Source: an uncultured Gammaproteobacteria bacterium (GTDB lineage Bacteria > Patescibacteriota > Microgenomatia > UBA12405). Taken from it: a stretch of 64,000 nt of DNA. Shown here in pieces: positions 1 through 11,561 of this stretch. Position numbers and translations under genes: made by a program. The notes beneath the pieces are model-generated. The model worked only from the letters and a program-made list of their open reading frames with translations, was not told where the DNA came from and made no database searches. The stretch's first letter is position 1; every line of letters begins with the position of its first letter. The stretch is taken from positions 73,384 through 137,383 of the forward strand of contig CAYUZS010000003.1 in assembly GCA_964448705.1 (NCBI GenBank), in the 5' to 3' direction.

Positions 1-93
1 ATCGTATCACTTTACTCTTAAACGCCATTATTAAATCCGGAGGATTTTACGAACAGCATCGTCGTCAAAACGATCTGCTATAATCAATTTCAT

Positions 94-291
94 ATGGCCA
101 ATAAAGTTGTTGTTAATCAGGATACTTGTATCGGTTGTAACACCTGTCCGCTTCTTGATCCGGAAACTTTTGAATTAGATACTACTTCATACAAAGCCAA
201 AGTTAAAAAACAACCATCCTCTATTACCCCCCAAGTCGAATCGGCAGTTGCCTCATGCCCGGTAAACGCTATTTCCATAGAATCAGATTAA
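94..291 (+). CDS. Small ferredoxin-like protein (single Cys-cluster motif CIGCNTCP ... ASCP)
   Basis: The 65-aa ORF has a CxxCxxC...CP spacing typical of 4Fe-4S ferredoxins. Confidence 0.55.
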   Translation: MANKVVVNQDTCIGCNTCPLLDPETFELDTTSYKAKVKKQPSSITPQVESAVASCPVNAISIESD

Positions 292-1296
292 TTGTTTATC
301 AAATTCCTAATGAAAGATTCTAAACTAAAAAATAATTACGTCAAAATTCCCGTTTTGGGTGTTGTCTTCTTTTGTACTCTGCTTGCCGCCAGTGCCTTTT
401 TTTCCGGAATTTCCTGGGCTAAACTTCGCAGCACTAATTCTGTAGACATCTCAAAAGCTACTGCTGTTTTCACTCCCGTCAAATCTGAAAAACCTGAATT
501 GAAATTTTTTGTTATGAGTTTTTGTCCCTACGGTAATCAAATGGAAGATATCCTTCGCCCGGTTTATGACCAGCTTCAAGACAAAGCTCTTCTCTCACCC
601 CATTACATTTTTGACAAAATTGACAATTTAAATACCTATTGTAGTGCCCGTTCCGGTGATTCAAATCAATGTGCCAGTTATGTTACCAATGGTTACTTCT
701 CTGATATCGCCAGTTGTAAAAAAACCATTTCTGAGAGCCTTAGCAGCTGTCTAAATGATAAACAATATCTAAAGACCAGCAGTGGTACTATGTATGCTTC
801 ACTTCATGGTCGTCAGGAAGCCAATCAAAACGTTAGGGAAATGTGTGCTTGGAAACAGGTAGATGACGACAAAAGCAAATGGTGGAATTTTATTGGTAAT
901 GTCAATAAAAACTGTACTAAAGATAATGCCGATGCTTGCTGGGAAAGTCAAGCCCAACAAGCAGGACTCGATACCACCAAAATCACTGAATGTTTCAATA
1001 ACGAAGCGGTCACTCTGATCGAAAATGAAATCGCCCTCACCACTAAATATAATGTTTCCGGTTCACCGACAGTTTTAATAAATGATGTCGAGTTCCCTCC
1101 GGAAAAAGCCTACACTCAAAATAGTGACGGCACTCTGGCTATCGGTAAAAAACTTGCCACTCAGGCTAAATATCGAACTCCGAATGTCATCAAAGAAGCT
1201 ATTTGTATCTCTATGAACAAAACAGCTAAGGAATGCAGCACTGTCTTAAATGAATTGACCGGAGAAGTTCCTTCAGCCGGTGGTTGTGGTAATTAA
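292..1296 (+). CDS. Secreted/membrane-anchored Cys-rich protein with thioredoxin-fold-like motif (FCPYG)
   Basis: An N-terminal hydrophobic segment is followed by many Cys residues. The 'SFCPYGNQ' motif resembles a DsbA/thioredoxin active-site region, but only one Cys lies in the motif. Confidence 0.3.
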   Translation: MFIKFLMKDSKLKNNYVKIPVLGVVFFCTLLAASAFFSGISWAKLRSTNSVDISKATAVFTPVKSEKPELKFFVMSFCPYGNQMEDILRPVYDQLQDKALLSPHYIFDKIDNLNTYCSARSGDSNQCASYVTNGYFSDIASCKKTISESLSSCLNDKQYLKTSSGTMYASLHGRQEANQNVREMCAWKQVDDDKSKWWNFIGNVNKNCTKDNADACWESQAQQAGLDTTKITECFNNEAVTLIENEIALTTKYNVSGSPTVLINDVEFPPEKAYTQNSDGTLAIGKKLATQAKYRTPNVIKEAICISMNKTAKECSTVLNELTGEVPSAGGCGN

Positions 1297-1305
1297 AATA
1301 TCTGC

Positions 1306-1845
1306 ATGGATAGACTTAATTCGCATCAACTTCGTAAAAGCAGAGTAGGGGAGGCTCAAAAAAAACAGTCCGAAATTAAACGATTTCCATTAGTCATTGT
1401 TTTAGATAATGTACTGGATACCTACAATATCGGTTCTTTTTTTCGTCTTGCCGACGCTCTTGGAGCCGAAAAATTATGTCTTTGCGGCCCTGTCGTCACC
1501 CCTCCGAATTTAAAAATTCATCGCAGCAGTATCGGCACTTGGAAATGGGTCCCTTGGCAGCATTATAATTCCACAGTCGAGTGTCTAAATCAGCTTAAAA
1601 AAGATGGATATCAAATAATTGCCTGTGAACAAGGTAAAAATACCGTTAATTATAAAAAAGCCAAATATAATTTTCCTCTAGCCATAGTTGCCGGCAGCGA
1701 ATCAAACGGAGTGGGGGAGTCTGTTCAAAAAATTTGTCATCAGATAGTCGAGATTCCCATGCATGGGATAAACAAATCTCTTAATGTCCTGGTTGCCACT
1801 TCAATTATCGCCTTTGAAGCCATCAATAAAATCACCCAAAAATAG
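1306..1845 (+). CDS. SpoU/TrmH-family RNA 2'-O-methyltransferase
   Basis: The motifs IVLDNVLDTYNIGSFFRLADALG, LAIVAGSESNGV and the C-terminal IPMHGxxxSLNV match the SPOUT methyltransferase pattern. Confidence 0.65.
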   Translation: MDRLNSHQLRKSRVGEAQKKQSEIKRFPLVIVLDNVLDTYNIGSFFRLADALGAEKLCLCGPVVTPPNLKIHRSSIGTWKWVPWQHYNSTVECLNQLKKDGYQIIACEQGKNTVNYKKAKYNFPLAIVAGSESNGVGESVQKICHQIVEIPMHGINKSLNVLVATSIIAFEAINKITQK

Positions 1846-1995
1846 GTAGTTTTTGACCTTAATTTTCCCCGTTTTTAAAAGCTTTTTTGATATATTTTTA
1901 TGCAGTGAAATTACCTATTTTTCCAGTAAATTTGCTTATTGCCAGCCTATTTTAATGTGTTACACTAACATTATCTCAATAAATAGACATTTTTT

Positions 1996-3936
1996 ATGAC
2001 AGACACACAAAATTATACCGGTGAACAAATAGTCGTCCTCGAAGGTTTGGAACCTGTTCGAAAACGTCCGGCCATGTATATCGGCTCTACCGACATCAGT
2101 GGTCTTCATCATTGTCTAACAGAAATCATCGACAATTCTATTGATGAAGCTCTGGCTGGTTTTGCCAAAAACGTTTGGATTATTATCCATCCCGATAATT
2201 CCGCCACAGTTGCCGACGATGGTCGGGGAATTCCTGTGGATATCATGCCAAAATATAAAAAACCGGCCCTCGAAGTTATCATGACCACTCTCCATTCCGG
2301 AGGTAAATTTGAAGGTGCTGCCTATAAAGTTTCCGGAGGATTGCACGGAGTTGGTGCCGCCTGTGTCAATGCCCTTTCCCGTCTATATCAAGTCGAAGTT
2401 CGCCGCGATAACAAAACCTACTTCATGGAATTTTCAAAAGGTGTTGTCAAAACTAAATTAACCACCATCACCGACACCAAAATTGAAAAACTCAATTCCA
2501 TTTTGCCGCCGAATATTACCGGAACCACCACCACTTTTTACCCTGATGCCGAAATCTTCAAAGAAACTACTGAATTCGATTCTAAAACCATCATTAAATC
2601 ACTGAAAGATCGGGCTTATTTAACCAGCAAAATATATTTTCATTTTTATGACGAAAGGGTTGGCCTCGAACGTCACTATTATTTTGAAGGGGGAATTCTC
2701 TCTCTTCTCCGCGAATTGAATAAAGGTAAAAGCGTTATTCATGAACCGATTTATATCCACAGTGATAGCGACGGTGTCGACGTGGAAGTCGCTCTGCAAT
2801 ACAACGATACTTTCCAAGAAAATACTCCTTCATACGTTAATATCATTAACACTCACGAAGGCGGTACTCATTTATCCGGATTCAAAACTGCTCTCACTAA
2901 ATCGATCAAGGATTATGCCGAACGTAAAGAAATGATTAAGGGTAAAAATGACACCATCACCGGCGATGATGTCCGCGAAGGCTTAACTGCCATTATTTCC
3001 GTTAAAATGGGCAGTAAAGATCTCCAGTTCGAAGGCCAGACAAAAGGTAAGTTGGGAAATTCCGAAGTTCAGCCGATTGTATCCAAGATTGTCCGTGAAT
3101 CTCTCGATATTTATTTTGAAGAACACCCTGATGTTGCCAAAACTATTATCGGTAAATCAATTTTAGCCATTCAAATTCGTAAAGCTGCCCGGGCCGCCAA
3201 AGACGCCATCATGCGCAAAGGTGCCTTCGATTCTATGGGTTTACCCGGTAAATTAGCCGACTGTCAATCCAAAAAACCGGAAGAATGCGAAATATACATC
3301 GTCGAAGGAGACTCCGCCGGCGGCTCTGCCAAACAGGGGAGGGATCGCAAATTTCAGGCTATTCTGCCTTTGTGGGGAAAAGCTCTTAACACAGAAGGGA
3401 TGAGACTCGATAAAATTGTCGGTTCCGACAAACTAAAAGATCTGATTATTGCCTTAGGTATGGGTATCGGTGAAACTTTTGATCAGAAAAAACTACGTTA
3501 TCATCGGGTAATTCTTATGTCCGATGCCGACGTGGATGGTGCTCATATCGCCACTTTGTTATTAACTTTTATTTTCCGTCATCTTCCGGGTATTATCGAA
3601 CAAGGTTATGTTTATATTGCCATGCCGCCGCTTTTCAAAATCAAACAAGGAAAAGAGATTGTTTATGCCTATACCGAAGAAGAAAAAGAAGTTGCCATAA
3701 AGAAGTTAGATGCCAGTAAAAATTTCGATATTCAGCGCTATAAAGGTTTAGGAGAAATGAATCCTGAACAGCTTTGGGAAACAACCATGAATCCGGAAAC
3801 CCGGCTCTTAAAAAGAATCACTATCTCTGACGCTCAAAAAGCTGACGAAACATTCCGTATCTTAATGAGTGAAGATGTTCCGCCCCGAAAAAAGTTCATC
3901 ACCACCCATGCTCATTTAGCTAATTTAGATATATAA
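1996..3936 (+). CDS. gyrB: DNA gyrase subunit B
   Basis: N-terminal [18 protein letters not shown], the GHKL ATPase motifs, the Toprim [15 protein letters not shown] motif and the C-terminal tail are all present. The gene is immediately followed by gyrA. Confidence 0.95.
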   Translation: MTDTQNYTGEQIVVLEGLEPVRKRPAMYIGSTDISGLHHCLTEIIDNSIDEALAGFAKNVWIIIHPDNSATVADDGRGIPVDIMPKYKKPALEVIMTTLHSGGKFEGAAYKVSGGLHGVGAACVNALSRLYQVEVRRDNKTYFMEFSKGVVKTKLTTITDTKIEKLNSILPPNITGTTTTFYPDAEIFKETTEFDSKTIIKSLKDRAYLTSKIYFHFYDERVGLERHYYFEGGILSLLRELNKGKSVIHEPIYIHSDSDGVDVEVALQYNDTFQENTPSYVNIINTHEGGTHLSGFKTALTKSIKDYAERKEMIKGKNDTITGDDVREGLTAIISVKMGSKDLQFEGQTKGKLGNSEVQPIVSKIVRESLDIYFEEHPDVAKTIIGKSILAIQIRKAARAAKDAIMRKGAFDSMGLPGKLADCQSKKPEECEIYIVEGDSAGGSAKQGRDRKFQAILPLWGKALNTEGMRLDKIVGSDKLKDLIIALGMGIGETFDQKKLRYHRVILMSDADVDGAHIATLLLTFIFRHLPGIIEQGYVYIAMPPLFKIKQGKEIVYAYTEEEKEVAIKKLDASKNFDIQRYKGLGEMNPEQLWETTMNPETRLLKRITISDAQKADETFRILMSEDVPPRKKFITTHAHLANLDI

Positions 3937-3938
3937 TT

Positions 3939-6602
3939 ATGCCGGAAAATAACGTAAAAAATACCATAGTTAATGATGCTTCGCCCTTCATCAATAACAC
4001 CGGGAAAACCATTAATGTTGACATCGTCAACGAAATGGAAAAATCCTACCTCGACTATTCCATGTCGGTTATAGTCTCCCGGGCCTTGCCCGATGTTCGG
4101 GACGGTCTAAAACCGGTTCAGCGTCGTATTATCTACGCCATGAACCAAATTGGCTTGTCTGTTTCCGGTAAAAATGTTAAATCCGCAGCTATCGTCGGTG
4201 ATGTCATGAAATCCTACCATCCTCATGGTGACAGTTCCATCTACTTTGCCTTGGTTCGTATGGCTCAGGAATTCTCTCTCCGTTATCCTTTGGTTAAAGG
4301 TCAGGGAAACTTTGGCTCAATCGACGGCGATCCTCCGGCCGCCATGCGGTATACCGAAGCCAGGATGGCTAAAATTACTCCTGAAATGGTTGCCGACATC
4401 AATAAAGAAACTGTGGATATGATGGACAACTACGATGCTTCCACCAAAGAACCCACCGTTTTACCTGTCCGTGTTCCCAACCTTCTTTTAAATGGTGCCG
4501 ATGGTATCGCTGTCGGTATGGCTACCCGTATTCCTCCCCACAACTTAAAAGAACTTTGTGCCGCTATTGAATTTATCCTGGAAAATTGTAGTTTGGAAAA
4601 GATTGAAAAAGTTCCCGAGATTAAACCCATTCTTAAAAATCGAACCACCCAGGATATTGTTCTTGAGCCGGTTATAAAACTTGGTGAAACCAATTTTAAT
4701 GTTGAAACTACAGCCACCATCGAAGATTTAACTAAATTTGTCCAAGGACCGGATTTTCCCACCTCTGCAGAAATATACGGTAAAACCGGTATTTTAGAAA
4801 TGTACAACACCGGCCGGGGAAAATTTGTCATCAGGGGCAAAACCAACATTGAAGAAACCAAATCCGGAAAAATAAGAATTGTTATCACCGAAATTCCATA
4901 TCAAGTCAACAAAGCCGAAATGGTTTCCAAGATTGCCGACTTGGTTCGTGACAAAAAAATCATCGGTATATCGGATCTTAGGGACGAAACTGATCGTCAT
5001 GGTATCCGGGTTGTCGTCGAAATCAAGAAAAACGGCAAACCAAAGTCCATTCTCAATAAACTCTACAAATATACTGCCCTACAATCATCATATTCTGCCA
5101 ATATATTGGCACTTGTGAACGGTGTTCCTCAAACCTTGAACCTTCGTCAGATGTTGTTACTTTTCCTTCGCCACCGGGAATCAATTATTCGTCGGCGTTC
5201 AATTTTTGACCTAAAGAGCGCCTATATGAGAGCTCATATTCTGGATGGTCTCAAAAAAGCCCTCGACATTATTGATGAAGTCATTAAAACTATTCGCGGC
5301 ACCAAACCAAACGAAGACGCCAAAACCAAGTTAATGGATAAATTTGGTTTCACCGATCTTCAGGCCCAAGCCATTTTGGAAATGCAGCTCAAGAAACTCT
5401 CCGGTTTGGAACGACAAAAACTTGACGAAGAATACGCCGAAGTTGAAAACACCATCAAAAAACTTACTGCTATCTTAACCCAGCCCGAAGAAATGATTCG
5501 TGTTTTGAAAAATGAAAACAAGGAAATATCGGAAAAATATGGTGACGTCAGAAAAACAAAAATCTATTCCCGTGGATTGGAAGAATTCAGTGAAGAAGAT
5601 TTGATCCCCAACGAACCAACCTTGGTCACCATCACTAAAACCGGATATATTAAGCGGGTACCGAAAGAAACTTATCGTTCACAAAAGCGCGGTGGAATCG
5701 GAGTTTCCGGAATGTCCACCAAGTCAGAAGACGAAGTTGAAAACATGCTTTTAGTTAATACCCATGATGATCTGCTTTTCTTCACCAATAAAGGCCGTGT
5801 CTTTAAGACCAAAGTATGGGATGTCCCGGAAAGTTCCCGCCAATCAAAAGGTCAGGCTGTCATCAACCTGATTAACATCGTTCAGGGTGAAACCATTCAA
5901 ACCGTTCTACCATACAGTAAAAACTTTCCTGCCAAATTTATTCTTTTAACCACTAAAAACGGCATTATCAAGAAAACCTCCATCGATAAATTCAAAAACA
6001 TTCGTCAAAGCGGATTGGCCGCCATCAAACTTGATCCTAAAGATGAGTTGATTTTCGCCAAATTAACCGGTGGTAACGATCAAATATTTCTCGTAACTTA
6101 CAATGGTAAATGCATTCGTTTTAATGAAACCGACACCAGACCTATGGGCCGTCACACCCGCGGTGTCCGGGGTATCACCTTAAAAGACAATGACCGTCTG
6201 GTTGGTGTTGATATTGTTCCGCAAACCATCGCTGCCACTAATAAAGAAAAAACAGGTGAATTCTACCGTCATTTAATGGTGGTCACTGAAAACGGAGTCG
6301 GTAAACGGACCAACGTCTATCTTTACCCCTTACAAAAGCGTGGTGGGATTGGTGTTAAAGTTGCTGCTCTCAACTCTAAAACCGGAAAAATAGCCGCTGC
6401 TCAGGTAGTTTCAGAAAAGTCAGAACAGGCAATTCTGGTTTCCAAAAAAGCTATTACCATTAATTTACCTCTTAAAAATATTCCTACCTTAAGTCGCAAC
6501 ACCAGAGGTGTCATTCTCATGAGATTTAAATCAACTGATGATAAAGTTAACGCTATGACCATCATCGAGAAGACTCCGGAAATAGAAAATTTGGAAAAAT
6601 AA
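3939..6602 (+). CDS. gyrA: DNA gyrase subunit A
   Basis: The active-site region [10 protein letters not shown], the YHPHGD motif and the C-terminal beta-pinwheel repeats are present. The gene is adjacent to gyrB. Confidence 0.95.
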   Translation: MPENNVKNTIVNDASPFINNTGKTINVDIVNEMEKSYLDYSMSVIVSRALPDVRDGLKPVQRRIIYAMNQIGLSVSGKNVKSAAIVGDVMKSYHPHGDSSIYFALVRMAQEFSLRYPLVKGQGNFGSIDGDPPAAMRYTEARMAKITPEMVADINKETVDMMDNYDASTKEPTVLPVRVPNLLLNGADGIAVGMATRIPPHNLKELCAAIEFILENCSLEKIEKVPEIKPILKNRTTQDIVLEPVIKLGETNFNVETTATIEDLTKFVQGPDFPTSAEIYGKTGILEMYNTGRGKFVIRGKTNIEETKSGKIRIVITEIPYQVNKAEMVSKIADLVRDKKIIGISDLRDETDRHGIRVVVEIKKNGKPKSILNKLYKYTALQSSYSANILALVNGVPQTLNLRQMLLLFLRHRESIIRRRSIFDLKSAYMRAHILDGLKKALDIIDEVIKTIRGTKPNEDAKTKLMDKFGFTDLQAQAILEMQLKKLSGLERQKLDEEYAEVENTIKKLTAILTQPEEMIRVLKNENKEISEKYGDVRKTKIYSRGLEEFSEEDLIPNEPTLVTITKTGYIKRVPKETYRSQKRGGIGVSGMSTKSEDEVENMLLVNTHDDLLFFTNKGRVFKTKVWDVPESSRQSKGQAVINLINIVQGETIQTVLPYSKNFPAKFILLTTKNGIIKKTSIDKFKNIRQSGLAAIKLDPKDELIFAKLTGGNDQIFLVTYNGKCIRFNETDTRPMGRHTRGVRGITLKDNDRLVGVDIVPQTIAATNKEKTGEFYRHLMVVTENGVGKRTNVYLYPLQKRGGIGVKVAALNSKTGKIAAAQVVSEKSEQAILVSKKAITINLPLKNIPTLSRNTRGVILMRFKSTDDKVNAMTIIEKTPEIENLEK

Positions 6603-6868
6603 TCTGTAATTGTCAGCCATTTTTCAACTATAAAAATTATAGGATACATGAGGGTAGGGGATTATTCCACACTTATAGGATAGATATTACGGGATAGTCA
6701 TTTTTGGCAAAGGATCAGCCTGATTGCTAGTTAGCTTTAAAGTTCTACTTTAATCCTAAAATACGGCAAATTTGATATCTCAATAAGTAGGGGAGTCGTC
6801 TCCAAAAATTTTAGCTTCCATATCCCAAACAAGGCTCAACTATAGGACATAACTGATATGTATTCTTT

Positions 6869-7801
6869 TTATTTATTTCCGTGATGAAATTTATCATGAA
6901 CTTCCCGTAATCTTGCATCAGTTACATGAGTATAAATTTGAGTAGTTGCGATATTTTTATGACCAAGCATTTCCTGAACGGACCGTAGGTCGGCTCCTGC
7001 TCTCAACAGATCGGTCGCCATTGAATGACGTAGAGTATGTGGTGTCGCCGCCACCGGAATCTTGGCCTGATGGACATATCTTTTTACAATGTTTTGTACC
7101 GAACGACTGGTTAACCTCGCTTTTTCGTCCGTCGAAATTAAGCCTCTTCGTTTGGAATAGTTTATAAACAATGGTTTCATTTTGTCAGTTCTTTCCCGAA
7201 GATATCTTTCCAACCACGTTGCCGCTTGTTTGGAAATAAACACCACTCTGGCCCGACCGCCTTTTCCGATCACTCCGAATTCTCTGGTTTTCAAATCTAT
7301 CTGATCTCTATCCAGGGACACCAGTTCTGACACCCGTAGACCGCTGGAAAATAACAATTCCAGCAATGCCTTGTCTCGTATCCCGATTGGTGTTGATACT
7401 AATGGCTGACTTAACAGTCTGTCGATTTGGTCGTCATTCAAAAACTTTAATGAATGATCCTTATTTTTGGGAACATCCAATTTTTCCGGCTCCATAACTT
7501 TCTTGTCATTTTTTACCAGCCATTTCAAAAACGACCTTAATACTATTACGTAATATCCCTGAGTCACTATCTTCATATCGCCGTAAACACCCGGCTGTCT
7601 CGATAAATACAATCTGAATTTTCTGATATTTTCACTATTAATATCCTTTAACGATGGTTTTTCAATTTTTAGTTCTTCCTCTAAATATTTTTCCAGCCGG
7701 TAAAGATAATGTTCATACTTTACCATTGTCAGTCGGGAACAGTTTCTCTCAATTTCCAAATGTTCCAAAAATCTTCTTATAAAAACGTGCAATTCATCCA
7801 T
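6869..7801 (-). CDS. Tyrosine site-specific recombinase (XerC/XerD family)
   Basis: The C-terminal HTLRHSMATDLLRAGADLRSVQEMLGHKNIATTQIYTHV motif (R..HxxR..Y catalytic residues) is present, with an N-terminal SAM-like domain. Confidence 0.85.
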   Translation of the reverse strand: MDELHVFIRRFLEHLEIERNCSRLTMVKYEHYLYRLEKYLEEELKIEKPSLKDINSENIRKFRLYLSRQPGVYGDMKIVTQGYYVIVLRSFLKWLVKNDKKVMEPEKLDVPKNKDHSLKFLNDDQIDRLLSQPLVSTPIGIRDKALLELLFSSGLRVSELVSLDRDQIDLKTREFGVIGKGGRARVVFISKQAATWLERYLRERTDKMKPLFINYSKRRGLISTDEKARLTSRSVQNIVKRYVHQAKIPVAATPHTLRHSMATDLLRAGADLRSVQEMLGHKNIATTQIYTHVTDARLREVHDKFHHGNK

Positions 7802-7910
7802 AAAGTATTCTACAAAATAAAAAACATCAATTCTAGAGCCTCTGGTGAGGTCAATGTATATTTTATCGGTATTTTAGGTATATTTCTAATACTACCCTTA
7901 AAAATCTGGT

Positions 7911-7972
7911 CAGGGGAGTCGGCTAAGAAATTTGAACCCGGGTTCAGGCAACCTTTGTCAGAGTCGGCAACG
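7911..7972. promoter_or_regulatory. Operator-like site: perfect 14-bp palindrome TGAACCCGGGTTCA flanked by direct repeats GAGTCGGC
   Basis: The palindrome lies at 7933-7946 and the two GAGTCGGC copies at 7916-7923 and 7961-7968, seen directly in the sequence. The site is ~110-170 bp upstream of the recombinase start, which is on the minus strand. Confidence 0.3.
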
Positions 7973-8588
7973 GAGGATTATGGTCATTTTTTATAAATCT
8001 AAATCAGCATTTTATCTTTTAAAGAAAAATAATTTTAAAAATTAATTTTAAAAATTAGCTTTTTTAACCACTCCCCCTGCCTCTTCACTTTCTTTATTTC
8101 GTGAAAGATACATTCTGCGAAATAAGAAATGTCTACTCTCTCTAAGAGAGGACTAAACAACTATTAATCTCCCGTCAACCGCACATATAGATCAATATAA
8201 AAGCTCTTTTATTTATTAATTACTCCTCTCAATTCCACCCCACTCTCCAAACCTAACAATCGGTGTATTGATACATTCGGTAAATACCGGGTTTTCCACA
8301 TAGACTATATCATAATATATCACCTGTCTTATAATATTATAGGATTTATTCTGTGAAAATTATAGGATATATCGTGAAAATGGCTACCCTCCTCCCCTGT
8401 CTGGGCTGTCATTAAAATTTTTTTCTGCTAATTAGCTTTGCTTAGCTTTATTTATACTTGCAAAGACACTTACTTGTCTCTAAAGTTTTAATTTAAAAAA
8501 GCTCTTTCACCGTTTCCCTAAACAACTCTCTTCCTCTCCCCTATTATTTTAGTTAAAAATTGATTTTAGACTATATATAGGCACAATT

Positions 8589-9398
8589 TTATCTCCATCT
8601 TGTTATCAGAACTATTGCTGCCAATACCGCAATTGCCACCCAGATATACATTAACCAAATCCTCTTAAAAAGCCTATCCCGAATGTCAGCCTGTATCAGT
8701 CCGCTCATCATATAAATCATCGCCACCAGATAAACTGAACCTTTAAAGATTCCTGTCGGCCAAAACGAGAACGCAATCGCCATCTCAGATAATAAAACTG
8801 CCGGCACTATTACGTAAGAAACCATTTTTTTGTTTTTCCCGTCATCCGACAGTTCAATTGCTATTGCCCAAAATTGATACAAAAATACTACCACCCCGAT
8901 TAACAACGACCACAGTCCGTTTATCCAAAAACTCAGTCTATAGGAAAATAAACTGTCAAACATAAAAAACGAAGCCAAAAGCAGGATAATCAAACTCACT
9001 GTATAAGCCGCCCGATACAATGGCACTGTTTTAAAACCGATTGCTACCAAAAACACATTTTCCACCAGAAAAATTACATAAAGTATCAGTCCGAAAAATA
9101 AACTCAATATCACCGTCCAAAAAGCACTGGAGTTTAAAAAAGCTCCGAATAATCCGAATCCGACAAAAAAGCTGGTTGGCAGTAATATTGCCATAATCCT
9201 GGTATACACGCTTTTTTCAAAAATTATTCCCAGGCCAAACCAAACACAAAATATCACCAACACTATTCCCACCATCAATCCAAAATATCTGGATTCATAG
9301 GGCAAAGATATAAATACAAAAAAACCTAAAGCCGAAATCAAAGACGATATAAAGTATTTAAACCGTTTACTCATAGTAATCAAATCCGGCAAAAACAT
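8589..9398 (-). CDS. Polytopic integral membrane protein, unknown function
   Basis: The 269-aa protein is almost entirely hydrophobic helices and carries no recognisable catalytic motif. Confidence 0.4.
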   Translation of the reverse strand: MFLPDLITMSKRFKYFISSLISALGFFVFISLPYESRYFGLMVGIVLVIFCVWFGLGIIFEKSVYTRIMAILLPTSFFVGFGLFGAFLNSSAFWTVILSLFFGLILYVIFLVENVFLVAIGFKTVPLYRAAYTVSLIILLLASFFMFDSLFSYRLSFWINGLWSLLIGVVVFLYQFWAIAIELSDDGKNKKMVSYVIVPAVLLSEMAIAFSFWPTGIFKGSVYLVAMIYMMSGLIQADIRDRLFKRIWLMYIWVAIAVLAAIVLITRWR

Positions 9399-10047
9399 TA
9401 ATCACATCATCATTATCTTCCAACTCCTCAATCATTTCCATCACTCTTTCCACTTCCTCTTCTTTTGTCAGCATCACCGGCTGTTTGGCTCTCATCGCCA
9501 ATCTTTCCTCAATAATCTCTAACCCCATACTCTTAATCTTGTCCGATACTGTTTTAAAATTTGCCGGTTCGGTTAAAACAATATTTCCATCAAAATCCTT
9601 GGCTCCAAAATCTATCAGATTTAACTGTTCTTCCTCCGTGATTTTATTTACCTCAATCTCCCCTGCTCTGTCAAAAAGAAATTGCAGCGAACCCTCTTCG
9701 CCCAAACTGGACTCGTAATTTCTAAAAATTAACCTGATTTCAGACAATATTCGATTTTTATTATCGGTTTCACATTCGATTATCATCGGCACCCCATAAG
9801 GTCCAAAACCCTCAAATTGACAGCGGATCAAATTTGCTTTCCGGCTTTCAAATCTGGTTATCAGTCTTTCGATATTCTCTTTTGGCATATTCACTTCTTT
9901 GGCTCTGGCAATCGCTTCCTGTAAACCGGTACCATTTCTTAATGCTGTCATCACGTTTTTCGATGCTTTTGTAAACGCTTCGCTTCGCTTTTTATCCTGG
10001 GCGCCTTTTCGATTTTTGATGTTTGCCCATTTTGAATGACCTGACAT
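9367..10047 (-). CDS. yebC: YebC/PmpR-family transcriptional regulatory protein
   Basis: The N-terminal MSGHSKWANIKNRKGAQDKKR sequence is the hallmark of the YebC/TACO1 family. Confidence 0.85.
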   Translation of the reverse strand: MSGHSKWANIKNRKGAQDKKRSEAFTKASKNVMTALRNGTGLQEAIARAKEVNMPKENIERLITRFESRKANLIRCQFEGFGPYGVPMIIECETDNKNRILSEIRLIFRNYESSLGEEGSLQFLFDRAGEIEVNKITEEEQLNLIDFGAKDFDGNIVLTEPANFKTVSDKIKSMGLEIIEERLAMRAKQPVMLTKEEEVERVMEMIEELEDNDDVINVFAGFDYYE

Positions 10048-10063
10048 ATTTTTTTAAATTTTA

Positions 10064-10885
10064 TTACGGACTATAACTAGGGTAGTTTAACATTTGCGAG
10101 AAGCTATCTTCAAAATATAATTCCACCTCTTTTTCGTTGACACTTCCGTTCTCTTCAAATACACAGGTATTAAATTCCCGTCGTAATACTTTTTCACCGT
10201 ATGTTCCATTAAAACCCTTTCCGTACATTATTTTGCACCCCTCCACTGTCCCGGTATAATTGTCTACTCCCACCACTGTAAAACCGGCTTTCTCCAAAAT
10301 TTTACTCATAAAATTTGCCAGCCCGGAGCTTTGGCTGGAATTATAAATTGTCAGTTTCAAATCTTCATTTAACAGCCGATTGTCGGCAAAATCCCTCTCC
10401 ATTATTTCTTCCATTTTTCCTTCATCTGTTTTATAGTTTTCCGTCAACACTTCTCTTTTGCTCATCATTTTTGATTGGGAAAACAGATATCTCAAAAAAT
10501 CAGCCAGTCCCCAGCTTCTGAGAGTTTTAGCATTATATAACCAGTTATCATGGCTGTTAAAAACAGTTACATCAGGCACAATTCCGAAATTATAAAAAAC
10601 CAATTTATCGATTAAATCATATTTCTTCTCCTGATCCAGCAGTTTTTTAATTTTATCGCTGTCATACCACCCCATTCCCTCCGGCACCCACACCGGCACT
10701 CCCTTTCCGACTACCAGCTCGTTCACCATTCTTCTTTGCCAGGATACGGATCGGATCACTATTCCCGAATCATCCACAGTCACCACTTTAAAATCACTAT
10801 CGTTGTTTTTTCTTATTTCATACCCCATCCCTACGATCACTAATCCCAAAATCAACAGTATCAGCCACCAAAATCTTTTAATCAT
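10064..10885 (-). CDS. Membrane-anchored protein with LytR_C-like C-terminal domain
   Basis: An N-terminal TM segment is present. The C-terminal pattern LTIYNSSQSSGLANFMSKILEKAGFTVVGVDNYTG resembles the LytR C-terminal domain. Confidence 0.3.
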   Translation of the reverse strand: MIKRFWWLILLILGLVIVGMGYEIRKNNDSDFKVVTVDDSGIVIRSVSWQRRMVNELVVGKGVPVWVPEGMGWYDSDKIKKLLDQEKKYDLIDKLVFYNFGIVPDVTVFNSHDNWLYNAKTLRSWGLADFLRYLFSQSKMMSKREVLTENYKTDEGKMEEIMERDFADNRLLNEDLKLTIYNSSQSSGLANFMSKILEKAGFTVVGVDNYTGTVEGCKIMYGKGFNGTYGEKVLRREFNTCVFEENGSVNEKEVELYFEDSFSQMLNYPSYSP

Positions 10886-11561
10886 TTCCCGTTAATATTG
10901 AATTTAAATCTTCCGGTAAATCAGCCTTAAAATTCATTATTTCTCCGTCCTTTGGGTTGGCAATACTTAGTTCCGCCGCATGTAAAAAAGGTCTCTCCAA
11001 ACCGGCCGTCTTTTTACCGCCGTAAGTCACATCACCTGCCAAAGGCCAGCCTAAATAACTTAAATGGACTCTAATTTGATGAGTTCTGCCGGTTAACAAA
11101 TTAATTTTTACTAAAGTGAAAATCTTGCCTTCAATATTTATCTTTTTTATGGTTTCAAATTCTGTCACTGCCTTCTTTCCGTCTTCATGGACCTTAAATT
11201 TCCCAAATCCGTATTTTGATCTGTTAATTGGCATATCTATCCTGCCATTAACAGGCAAATCTCCGGATATTAAGGCAATATAATGTTTCTTAACCAGTCT
11301 TTGTTTAAATTGTTGTTTCAGAAAATCAAGCGCTTTTTTTTCTCTGGCTATCACCAGCAGACCTGATGTTCCCTTATCTAATCGATGAACTATCCCCTCC
11401 CGCATCAAACCATTTGGGTATTCCGCCGCCATCCAATCTTCCACACTGCCCACTCCTTTTTTTCGGTTTTCATTTGTCACCACCATTCCCGCCGGTTTAT
11501 CTATCACCAGCATCAGTTCATTTTTAAAAACTACTTTTATTTTTGTCGTATCTGCTGCCAT
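10878..11561 (-). CDS. RluA-family 23S rRNA/tRNA pseudouridine synthase
   Basis: HRLDKGTSGLLVIAREKKA contains the catalytic Asp motif, with an S4-less RluA-like core. The likely true start is the Met at 11561; the ORF track extends to 11594. Confidence 0.8.
   Translation of the reverse strand: MAADTTKIKVVFKNELMLVIDKPAGMVVTNENRKKGVGSVEDWMAAEYPNGLMREGIVHRLDKGTSGLLVIAREKKALDFLKQQFKQRLVKKHYIALISGDLPVNGRIDMPINRSKYGFGKFKVHEDGKKAVTEFETIKKINIEGKIFTLVKINLLTGRTHQIRVHLSYLGWPLAGDVTYGGKKTAGLERPFLHAAELSIANPKDGEIMNFKADLPEDLNSILTGND

Noticed and set aside
2116-6649. Short ORFs inside or antisense to gyrB/gyrA (2116-2346, 2620-2817, 2741-2935, 4225-5118 set, 6401-6649)
   Set aside because: They lie within high-confidence gyrase coding sequence with no independent support.
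7841-7990. Possible tRNA/tmRNA-like fold because of GGTTCA/TTCAAAT-like words
   Set aside because: No acceptor or T-arm pairing can be built. The signal is better explained as a palindromic operator flanked by direct repeats.
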